Shown here in pieces: positions 22,901 to 34,900 of a DNA stretch of 64,000 nt (its first letter is position 1; each line of letters opens with the position of its first letter). Made by a program: the position numbers and the translations under genes. The notes below the pieces were generated by a model that did not search any database, was not told where the DNA came from, and worked only from the letters and a program-made list of their open reading frames with translations. Source of the DNA: Podarcis bocagei (taxonomy: Eukaryota); assembly GCA_964188305.1 (NCBI GenBank), contig OZ076897.1. One strand, 5' to 3'.

Positions 22901-25900
22901 GATGGATCTCACATTAAAGGCTTGCTGATCAATTTTATTCATCATAATTGGCCTTCCCTTCTGAAACATGGATTTCTTGAAGAATTCATCACTCCAATTG
23001 TAAAGGTAAGTACACATTCTTCTGACACTAATTATAAACATACAGGGACAAAAAAATCATGTTCTTTTCTGATGTCAAACATTTTCAAAACAACATCCTT
23101 CTATGTAGTAAAAATATATATATTCAGGGAATAGATACCTTACTGAGTTGAATGATATCCTAAAGCAAAAAGTGACAAAAGGAAAGAGAATAAACTCAGA
23201 TACATACAAACCCTTTCTTGGAATATACCAACAAAAGAAAAATGTGAAAAGTTGAAATAGAAAGAAGTGGTAGAACTAACTTGCCTTTTATTTTTTCTTC
23301 TGACTTTGGGGAATTTGGAAAGGGAACTCTGGGTTAGAGAGTTCCATTTGTTTATCAAATTGAGGCTTTGTACAAATGCTGTAATATGTTCGGAACTGTG
23401 ATTTATTTAGCATTGGCACAGGCATTCGCTGCATGAGGATAGAATCCCAAGCACTGGAAGAAGTATTTTGCCTGGACATTATTGGGAAGAGGCTGAACAC
23501 ATCTCCCATATTTCCATCTAGGCCTCTTCTCTTCCCCAATCCAATTCCTTAAGATCTGGACCTCAAATAACTTGTGGTGCATGAAGAGAGAAGGATTAAT
23601 GGGGGCATGGGAGCTGTGTACTGATCATTAGCTGTAATGTGTGAGAGAGATGGGGGGCGAGCTGCTGCACCCACAGCAATCTATTTTGAATGTAATTTTC
23701 ATAAACTTGAATAAAAAAATAGTTGCAGGATCTAACTTGTATATCTTTTGTTTTTAAGGCAAGCAAAAATAAACAGGAACTTGCCTTCTATAGTATTCCT
23801 GAATTTGATGAATGGAAAAAACATATGGAGAACCATAAAGCGTGGAAAATAAAGTACTACAAAGGTTTGTGTTTTAACTTCCTTGCCCAACAGCCAAGTG
23901 CCAAATCCTTTGAGATCCAGTCCAGTTAAACTTATTAATAATTAACAGCCCGGTCTTTACATGTTTTCTCATAAGTAAGTTCAACTGAGTTTAGTGGGGC
24001 TTACTCTCAGGTAAGCAGGTATAGGATCATAGCCTCAACTCAAAACCAATGGAATAGTTAGTTGAGACTACTCTCAGTGCGTTCAGTGAGACTTAGTCGT
24101 TACTAACTTCAGCTAAATTGACCTTTGGACTTCTTCAAGTGTAATTATTGACTGGTGGCAAGCTGTTTTATCTTTTGCCTCTTAGGATGTCCTCAAGTAG
24201 CTTTAAAATTAATTTCTTAAAAGGTTGAGATGGAAGATGGACTAAACTGGCATTTTTTCTTTCTTTGTCTCTGGGGTAGGTTTGGGCACCAGCACTTCTA
24301 AAGAAGCAAAAGAATATTTTGCAGATATGGAGAGACATCGAATTTTATTTCGATATGCTGGTCCTGAAGATGATGCCGCCATTACATTGGTAAATAACCT
24401 CCTGCGCTAATTTCTTGCTGTCTGTTATCTCCTTGCCATTTGTAATTATATAGAACTCTGTCTAGTGAACTTCTTTCCCCTAAAAGCCCCAAACATTTTC
24501 TCCCATTTTGGATGGCATTCCAGCCCTTTGATCATTTTAGATTTCTGTTTTTGTGTCTTTCCTAACTCTTGTGAAACCAACCAGAACTGTACTCTGGATA
24601 TAATTTATATAATATCATTCATATAATTTATATATAGTATCATTAGGACACTTGTTGCTTTAGTTAAGGTAAAGGTAAAGGGACCCCTGACCATTAGGTC
24701 CAGTCGTGACCGACTCTGGGGTTGCAGCGCTCATCTCGCTTTATTGGCCGAGGGAGCCGGCGTACAGCTTCTGGGTCATGTGGCCAGCATGACTAAGCCA
24801 CTTCTGGCGAACCAGAGCAGTGCACAGAAACGCTGTTTACCTTCCCACCGGAGCAGTACCTATTTATCTACTTGCACTTTGAGGTGCTTTCAAACTGCTA
24901 GGTTGGCAGGAGCAGGGACCGAGCAACGGGAGCTCACCCCGTCACGGGGATTCGAACCGCCGACCTTCTGATCGGCAAGTGCTAGGCTCTGTACTTTAAC
25001 CCACAGCGCCACCTGCGCCCCGTTGCTTTAGTTAGTTTGCTATTAATGCTGAATTCATACAGTTTTTTAAAATAAAATACTCTACCACATTGAGTTGACT
25101 CTTCGATTGATCTGTCTACTATGACTTCAAGGTTCCCACAGTAGGAGATGCATGTAAGTGTGCCGATAAGTTGTACCTGCTGAGTAGAAAACAAGTGAAG
25201 CTGGGGGTGGGGGGAGGACATTGGGTTGGCTATAAGGCTTGCAAATGCAGCTCACTTCATGCTCAGCCAATGTAAGGAGCCACCATGCAGAATAATTTGG
25301 GAAGGAGGCTATGGCACGCATCCCAGGGGCGTGGCCTCAGCACGCCCCTGGAAGGAGGCAGTCTTCTAGTTCACTATTCTCCTCTCCTGTTGGTTCCTAC
25401 TTGTAAAGTATTTAATTTCAAATACATAAACAATAATTGTTTAGGATACAGGTCTAGTAATGTTGGGTGGAGGAAAAACTGTAGACACAGAGTTGACAAA
25501 CATTTTCCACGTTACTATGTTTGTTACATGACTCTTACCTGTTTTGTTAGTACTGGAATCATTTATCCTTGCCTCCTTATTTCTGTTTTATCACCTTGAT
25601 AGAGCGTGCAAGACATGCAGGAAAAAACTGCAGAAAATTAGTGCACACAGGCATTAAAAATTAATAAAATAGCTCATAGAGAGACTGCAACAGTCAAGTT
25701 CAGTCAGCCCAATATTTAAGATACTCTGACATCTTGGAGGTTGTTTCAATCATGTTGCATTGTTTAAAAAGCAGACTCTTGCACTCCTTATGTTTCATGA
25801 TATTGCTGGTCTGAGGTTATTGCTGGACTGAATTTAACTCAGCCAGACAGTAGAAGATTCCCCTCTAAAAGTATTATTTTAAAGGAAGGCTGTTTAACTT

Positions 25901-28900
25901 ATATCAGGTCTGGATCAGAAATGTAGGTCTGCCAAGCTAACATGGAAACCATATTCACCACCTTCTGGCCATGTGCACAATTGTCTCTCTTTTATAGCTT
26001 GCAGCATTTCCCCCCCTAGTTGTGCTTTATCTAATTATAGCATGTGAAATGTTTGTAGGCCTTCAGTAAGAAAAAAATTGATGACCGAAAAGAGTGGCTG
26101 ACAAATTTCATGGAAGATAGACGACAGCGTCGATTACATGGATTACCAGAGGTATTGTTTCAGTACAGAACTAAGATGGAGTTGCAAATGTTATTTCTGT
26201 CGATGTTAAAGTAATAATGGCTTCTCTTTATTTTAGCAATTTCTATATGGTACAGCAACAAAACATCTCACTTACAATGACTTCATCAACAAGGAGTTGA
26301 TTCTTTTCTCCAACTCAGACAATGAGCGATCCATTCCATCCCTTGTTGATGGTAAGTGAACCTTCATGGAATATAGCATCTTCTTTTATTTATTTTGAAG
26401 ATGTTATTATTTTGAAGAAGAGAAGTGGAAATCCTTTAAACTTTGTTTCTCAAGCATGTAATTATTGAACGGGGTATTTTTATTCTATTGGTAAAGAGTA
26501 CAAATTCCAAAAATGTTTTTTTAAACTTGATTTTTCAACACAGGTTTTAAACCAGGACAACGCAAGGTTTTGTTCACTTGTTTTAAAAGAAACGATAAGC
26601 GTGAAGTTAAAGTTGCTCAGCTGGCTGGTTCTATTGCTGAGATGTCAGCGTACCATCATGGAGAGGTGAGTATGAGAAGCAAAAGGGGAGGAGTGAAATT
26701 GTCTGTGCCTTGCCTATCACTTATTTAGTTTTGCAAAATGGTTGGTTTGGGGTGGCAGGGCAAGGCAAGTTCTCGAAAGTAGGCCTAGCCTCACTCCTTG
26801 CTTCATCTCTGATGGTTTCAGTGATGAGTGAGTATAGAAGACTCTCAGTTCAGCTCCCAACTTCTCATCACTCTTTTCATCACTGAAGCTATAGATTTGT
26901 TGCAGATCATGCAGGACTCAGAATTGTTGTTGTTGTTGTTTAGTCGTTTAGTCGTGTCCGACTCTTCGTGACCCCATGGACCAGAGCATGCCAGGCACTC
27001 CTGTCTTCCACTGCCTCCCGCAGTTTGGTCAAACTCATGCTGGTAGCTTCAAGAACGCTATCCAACCATCTCGTCCTCTGTCGTCCCCTTCTCCTTGTGC
27101 CCTCCATCTTTCCCAACATCAGGCTCTTTTCCAGGGAATCTTCTCTTCTCATAAGGTGGCCAAAGTAGGATTCAGGACTCAGATTAGCATTTTTTATTTG
27201 TGCTGACACTGGGATGGTGAATGTGTTAGGGAAAAAAGTTCCTAAAACAGTGACGGTCCTTAGATATGGTGCTCCCTTCCCCAACTTGATGGGCCATTTG
27301 CTAGTTAAGTCAGTAATTTATTCTGCACTCGTTTGCAGGTTAGTTTTTGGTGAGGAAAATGTGTTGCAGTAGTAACAGTGCTCTAAACATTTTCTTCCAG
27401 CAAGCTTTGATGATGACCGTTGTCAACTTGGCTCAGAACTTCGTTGGAAGTAACAATGTCAGTTTACTGCAGCCTATTGGTCAGTTTGGTACTAGGCTTC
27501 ATGGTGGCAAGGATGCCGCAAGTCCTCGTTACATTTTCACTATGCTAAGGTAAAATTTTGTTCAACGCGCAAGTGGAACTAGTCTTATTTAGGTGGTACA
27601 GATTGTCAGTGTATATTTGTGATTGAGGGAGATAGCTAAAGTTAATTAAATGAGTATTTCAAGCCACTTGCAACTTTTCATGGATTGTTGACAAAACTAT
27701 GTGAGCCTAATTGTAAAAGTGGCTCGATTTCTTTTTAGCTAATTACATTTCCATTCCTTCCATTTCCTAATATGTAGTGGTTAGAAAAAGTGAATAGTTT
27801 GTTCACTACATTTCATTTGAGACAAAGGCCTCCTGTTTTCCCAAAGAAGAGACCTGCATTTAATAACACTGGAACTCTTGACTTTCTGCTGTTTAATGCT
27901 TAAACTCTGACTTCAGTGGGTGAAACGTGTTTTGGCATTCGCACATTGTAGCAGAGCACTGCGTATATATCCACTGGGCATAAGGCACCAAAAGTTTTTT
28001 GCAACTAAATCCCATTTTGCAGTCTGACTTTTCTTTTGCCAGATTGTGCCCTTGAAGTTAGACGTAACATACATACATACATGCTGCAGCAGTTTTCCCA
28101 GTCCCCCCCCCCCCGGCATTTACTTGTTAATATCTTTAGCTCCTGGTGACACACTGGGACTTCGAGCCTAAACACTAAGCCATTTGTTTTAATTCTGGTG
28201 CGCTCACAGGTTGGCTCACAGATGAGCTAGCAACAAATGGCTTACTTCTCTAAAGTGAGATTTCTTTTCCAACTGCTTTTTCCTGTGCCTTTATAACTTG
28301 CTAGGGTTTGGGACCAGGTGCTGGAATAATAATAATAATTTATTATTTATACCCCGCCCATCTGGCTGAGTTTCCCCAGCCACTCTGGGCGGCTCCCAAT
28401 CAAGTGTTAAAAACAGTACAGCGTTAAATATTAAAAACCTCCATGGACAGGGCTGCCTTCAGATGCCTTTTAAAGATAGGATAGCTGCTTATTTCCTTCA
28501 CATCTGAAGGGAGGGTGTTCCACAGGGTGGGCGCCACTACCGAGAAGGCCCTCTGTCTGGTTCAAACCATGGTAAAGCAAGATTGGGGTTGGGTTTGGAC
28601 TTAACATCAAACTATAGTTAAAATATACAATGGCTTCACGTTGTGGTTTGTTGGTGGAACACAAATTATGTTTGTCTGCTGGGTTTTCCTACAAACCATA
28701 ATTAGGCTAAGGAAATCCTAGTTAAGTATTACAGGCAAACCAGACCAACGAATGAAGAGAGAAAAAGATGAAATGTTATAGGAACAAGCACCAGTAAAAT
28801 GATACTGATTTCACTTTGAATAACATTTCCCAGAACTGTAGGATTTAGAATTAAAGATTACTTTTTTATCTGTCACAGGTTGCTTGCATAATATCTCTGG

Positions 28901-31900
28901 TATATGTTTAGTAGGTGCAGTGACAGTGAGCTATGGTATCAAAGTAGTGTTTTGCTGTGAAAATATTGAGCTAAAAATATATCCTGAATGCTAAAACAAA
29001 TATAATGATGACAACTCAGATGATAAGCAGACAGAAATCTTTGGTGTCTTCATGAGCTGCTTCCAGTGAAGGTAGATGGTACAGAACTAGATAGGCCAGT
29101 GGCCTGATTTGGTGTTAAGCAAATTCCAGTTTAAGTGCACTTAATACTAACGGATTTCAAAGAGACGAAAAACATTCTTTACTATGCACAAGGCTGTACC
29201 TCAAAGTCTGTTTCAGAGGCTTCTTATACATGCACAGGCATCCTGTTGAGTGCATTATTGTTTACTGAGAATGCTGTGCAGTATGTTAGAGGAACCATGA
29301 TGCTCTCAGCTGGTGCAATAAAAAGAACAGTTTATAACTTATTAACTTAAAAAACCCCTTTATTTCCTTTCTCTTTAAAGCCCTTTAGCAAGGCTGCTTT
29401 TCCCTACAGTGGATGATAATCTGCTTAAATTCCTTTATGATGATAACTTGCGTGTGGAGCCTGAATGGTACATTCCCATAATTCCCATGGTCTTAGTAAA
29501 TGGTGCCGAGGGCATCGGAACCGGATGGGCATGTAAAATTCCAAACTACGATACCAGAGAGATTGTGAACAACGTCAGAAGAATGCTGGATGGGTTGGAC
29601 CCACATCCTATGGTAATGAAATGTTCACTACAGGCCAATGTATTATAATGCTTTCATAAAGAAGACAAACTCGTGACCCCTCTCATATGCCTTTATTTTA
29701 TTCTTATTCCGTCTTGACAAAATATGGTATTATTGTGGATGAATGTGTTTTCTCAAAGAAATTTTAAAATTTGCAGAACTAAAATGGAAGTTCTTTAGTC
29801 ACCAAATGATTCAATAATTGGCCATGATCCATGTTTAGCAAAGATGACCTCACATATAGGAAAGCTAGCAACTTTTCACTAGGTTTTCTCTAGAGTAACT
29901 TTCAGACTTGGAGTGGAAAGGTGATACACAAAGGGGCACCTCTGCAGTTTCCACAGCTGTGGCTGCTAGAAAAAGGTGTAGCCACGATGGCTGCCATGAT
30001 GCATCCTAACTTTTAGCTGCTCCTTGTGGTACCTACATGCAGCTTTGTACGGAGGAATTGCTGGACTGGACTTGCCCACAGAAATAATGTTATACTGCTA
30101 GTTTCTAGGTGGACATCATTTTAGTTTTAAATGCCGATAGAGCATCACTCAATATTTTAGTTTCTTAGAAATAAAGAAAACTTTACCAAGGCTTACTAGG
30201 GGGCATGTTGCTAATATGTCAAATAATCCTTAACGTTACAGCTTCCAAACTACAAAAACTTCAAAGGAATGATCCAGGAACTTGGTCAGAACCAATATGT
30301 AGTGAGTGGGGAAATATTTGTGGTTGACAGAAACACAGTGGAAATCACAGAGCTTCCAGTTCGAACATGGACTCAGGTGAGTACTTTTAAGATGATTTTC
30401 GGTTTTGAACGTTTGTAATTCTCTCCCCCCCTTTAAATAACTATTTCCCCTCCTTTTTAAATGTCTGTATAGGTTTACAAAGAACAGGTGTTAGAGCCGA
30501 TGCTGAATGGAACGGAAAAAACACCAGCATTAATTTCAGATTACAAGGAGTATCACACTGATACAACGGTGAAATTTGTTGTGAAAATGACCGAAGAAAA
30601 GCTTGCTCAGGCCGAGGCTGCTGGACTTCACAAAGTCTTTAAGCTTCAGACAAGTTTAACTTGTAATTCTATGGTAACTTTTCTATATGTTTGACTACCA
30701 GCACTAATTGCACTTTAATCATTTTTCTGTTGCCGTGGCAGCAATATATTCTGTATACCATGTGACTAAAATGCCTCACTTCATATTTCCTTCGATACAA
30801 AAAGCAAAAGGGGGCTAATAGTAATTTGAGGTGGTAAACCTTAACTTCAAAACTTTATCAGACAAATCTGGTGTAAAAAGTGTAATTTCCCCCCATTAGT
30901 AATAATTTATTTGTACCCCACCCATCTGGCTGGGTTTCCACAGCACTCTGGGCGGCTTCCAACAAAAGATTAAAAATACATTAAAACAGTCATTAAAAAC
31001 TTCCCTAAACAGGGCTGCCTTCAGATGTCTTATAAACGTCAGATAGTTGTTAATTTCTTTGACATCTGACGTTAAGTACAGATGGGTCTGATATCTGGTC
31101 ATTTAAAAAATTGTACAACCTGCACAATGCCTATTCAGGTGATCTTAGAATAAAAACACTTTGACTCACTCAGCTGGTGATTGGACTATAATTTTAAAGA
31201 GATTACTCAAGATTTGAGAATTCCAAACTCCTGGCAAAATTGGGGGCTCTTAACTCTTTCAATATCTCCCTTTGAAAGTGGGTATGGGAGTTCAATTGCC
31301 ATTTGAATTTGAAAAAAGAATTGTATCCTCAACACGTGTACCTAATTGCATTCTGATCACCTCATTGTTTTCAACAGCATGAATTATTTACAAACAAATA
31401 GAATGCTGAATTGCAGGTCAAGCCAAAGTCCTTCTATACTTGGATAATGATTTTAATATGAAATACAGTGGTGCCTCGCAAGACGAAAAGAATCCGTTCT
31501 GTGATTCTCTTCGTCTAGCGGTTTTTTCGTCTTGCGAAGCAAGCCCATTGAAGGATTAGCGGATTAGCGCTATTAGTGGCTTTTAGCGGCTTATCTGCTG
31601 ATCGGATCAGCTGATAAGTAGCTTAGCGGCTTAGAAAAAGGGGGGAAGGAAAAAAAACCAGCATGAACTCGCAAGACATTGTCGTCTTGCGAAGCAAGCC
31701 CATAGGAAATTCGTTTTGCGAAGCACCTCCAAAACGGAAAACTCTTTCGTCTAGTTTTCGTCTTGCGGGGCACCACTGTACTTTAATTTGACAAAAATTA
31801 AAAATTCATATATACTTGGCATAAAGTCTGTTAAATGCCCAGAAAAACTATCAGTACCAGCTTAGTTAAAATTTATTTCAAATAATTAAAATAGAATCTG

Positions 31901-34900
31901 AATTGAGAATTCTTTAAAGGCTTGCTGTACTACCTTCACATATCTTGTACGTACTTAACTATATGCAGTGTTGAAATAATCAAACATTGGCTGGGAAGGG
32001 AAGACCTTCCAGGGTTAGAGACTGAAAGAAGAAAGGAAAGCTCCCAGGTGAGAATTGGGATAGTTCACAACTTTTCGTGTTAGGCAAGGGTTAAGAGTTA
32101 CTTTTGAGAGAGGACCCTGAGTTTTCATTTCTCTTTCTCTCTCTGTTTTTGTTTTTATTTAGATTAGTTTCTTTTATTATATTACAAAAAAAGCTTTAAT
32201 AAAACCTTATTTTTTAAAAAAGAAAGAAAGAAAACAAACATTTTATATTTGTGCAGGTGCTATTTGATCACATGGGGTGTCTGAAGAAGTATGAAACTGT
32301 GCAAGATATTCTGAAGGAATTCTTTGACTTACGATTAAACTACTACAGCTTGCGCAAGGAGTGGCTTGTAGGGATGTTGGGGGCAGAATCCACCAAGCTT
32401 AACAATCAGGCTCGCTTTATTCTAGAGAAAATACAAGGGAAAATTACCATAGGTAAGAAACAAGTGAAATTTAAAGTGCATTATGAAATTGATAAAGATG
32501 TAAGTGAAGGAAAATAGAAACATACCATTTTTAAAAATTGTAATTTGTTTTCTTTTGTTTCAAATAGAGAATAAATCAAAGAGAGATTTGATTCAAATGT
32601 TAGTCCAGAGAGGCTATGAATCTGACCCGGTGAAAGCCTGGAAAGAAGCACAAGAAAAGGTAAACTATTTAGGTGATGAGCAATTCCCTCTAATAGATTT
32701 TTTAAGGAAAATATTAATCTTCAGTCTTTCCTTCTGTATGAGAGGATGTTTATGATTGCAGCTTAAATTAGTCCCAAATTATGAGTAGTTAACTAATTTA
32801 TAACAATGCAAGCTGTACATACAGCTTTGGCTGGATGTTTATTATCTTAGAGAAATTAGGTTGTTGACTTTGGTCTTTGCCACATAGCTGTTTGCTATTT
32901 CTGTACAGCTCCATAAACTATTTCCTGGATTACATGTCCCATCATCCCTGGCCATTGACCATGATGGCTGGGGAAAATGAGAGATGTAGTATGACTACAG
33001 CCGGAGATTATCCTATCAGTACCTCAAGCTGAGTGGCAGAACTCCTTCTCCCAATGAAAATGCTCTGGCAAAGAAATAAGCAGTTTCCAAAGATGAATGA
33101 GATGTCTGTAGAAAATCATGTAAATAATTCTCTTCTGATTATGCCACACTCTGCCTCCATCTGCCACAATTACATGAGTAACTCTGCCCCTAAAACAGGG
33201 GCATTGTGTAACTCGCAGGCCACAGTAATTTTAAGACATTTCAAGTTAGTTTGTTTGAGAACCCACTGCTGTATTGCAGAGAGATTTGTGTGTTTCTAGC
33301 TGCACATTATAGCAGCTTTGGAACTTTGTGTCCTGGATACTATGCTATGATTTTTTCCTCATTTTATTTATTTATTTTGCTCCTACCAGGATTCCTTGAG
33401 CTTCCCCTCTGTAGATCACCAGTATTGTAGAAATTTAACCTAAATAAAATACAAAGTCTTTAAGTATACCCCTTTGTAGCCGTAGGATATATGAATAGCA
33501 GCATAACTATTATTATTATTATTATTCTAGGCAGCAGAAGAGGAAGAAATGCAGAACCTCAATGATGACAGTTCCGACTCTTCCGGATCTACCTCAGGCC
33601 CAGATTTCAACTACATCCTAAATATGTCTTTGTGGTGTCTTACTAAAGAGAAAGTAGAAGAAATCATTAAGCAGCGGGACACAAAAGTAGGTATCTTTCA
33701 GAGTTCCTGACCGGAAAGTACTTCCTAGTCTGATGTATGTGCAGCTGCGATCTAAATTCTAAAATTTTTTCCCCCAAACCCAAACTTGTGTCTCAGAATT
33801 TGCTCATTGGTTTCACCATTACAATGCTATTGATATGTATAAAAGGTACTATGTACAGATCTTTGCATGAAGATTACTGTATAGTCGCTGTCCTAGTTTT
33901 GTTTCATTAACATTTGCTTATCTTGGATGTTCAGAATATGTTTGTTCAAAAATCCTTTCTGTATTTGTCACCTTGAAGGGAAAGGATCTCGCTGACCTCA
34001 AGAGAAAATCTCCTTCAGACCTTTGGAAAGAAGATTTAGCAGCCTTTGTAGAAGAGCTTGATGTATGTACAGCATCAAGGATTAATGTTTCAATTTCAGT
34101 TTGTCAACATAGTTTTTGTTTCAGCAAGTAGTCTAGCAAAACTGTTGTTTTTTTAATATATCAAAGTCTGTTGGCAGAAGAGGTGAAATGAGGATCTGTG
34201 TAATTTTACACTTCAGAGCTATGTTCTCAGACACATATTTGCTGCAAGTATTACTGTGGCAGAAAACCCAGAATCCAGGGGGGTTCACCAGTCTGTAGGT
34301 TTTGCATTTGAGTTCAGCATGTTTAGCTTTGAGTGTCTATAGTTGTTTACTTATTGCCCAGTTTTCCAACATACTCGTTTCGTAACGTGGTCTACCCATG
34401 TTTCTTGGCAAAGACATTACATGCATAATACTTCTCTTTTAAAAGCTTTGACTGGTTTTCAAATTGAAGACATGGGAGGAATTACATAGATCTCCGCAAA
34501 CACTGACAAATAATAATAATAATCTTTCATCTGCTTTACATAAGGCTTCGTCCAAAATTACTCAGATGTATAACTCAAACATTCTTTAGGATTAGTAGCT
34601 AGTATTGCCTGTCTTGGATGACATAATGCAGTTATAGCATTATTTTAACCTCTTTTTTGTACTCTCTTTTTTTTTAAGCAGACATAGATTTTCTGTATGT
34701 AGTAGTAATAGTTCCTCTTTGGAGATGTTTATATTTTTTTTATTTGTGTTTATTTTTAGAAAGTAGAAGCACAGGAAAGAGAAGATGTCCTGTCTGGCAT
34801 GACAGCAAAACCTATTAAAGGCAAAGTTGGTAAGCCCAAGATGAAGAAACTTCACCTAGAAGAGACGATGCCATCGCCATTTGGTAGGAGAATAGTTCCA

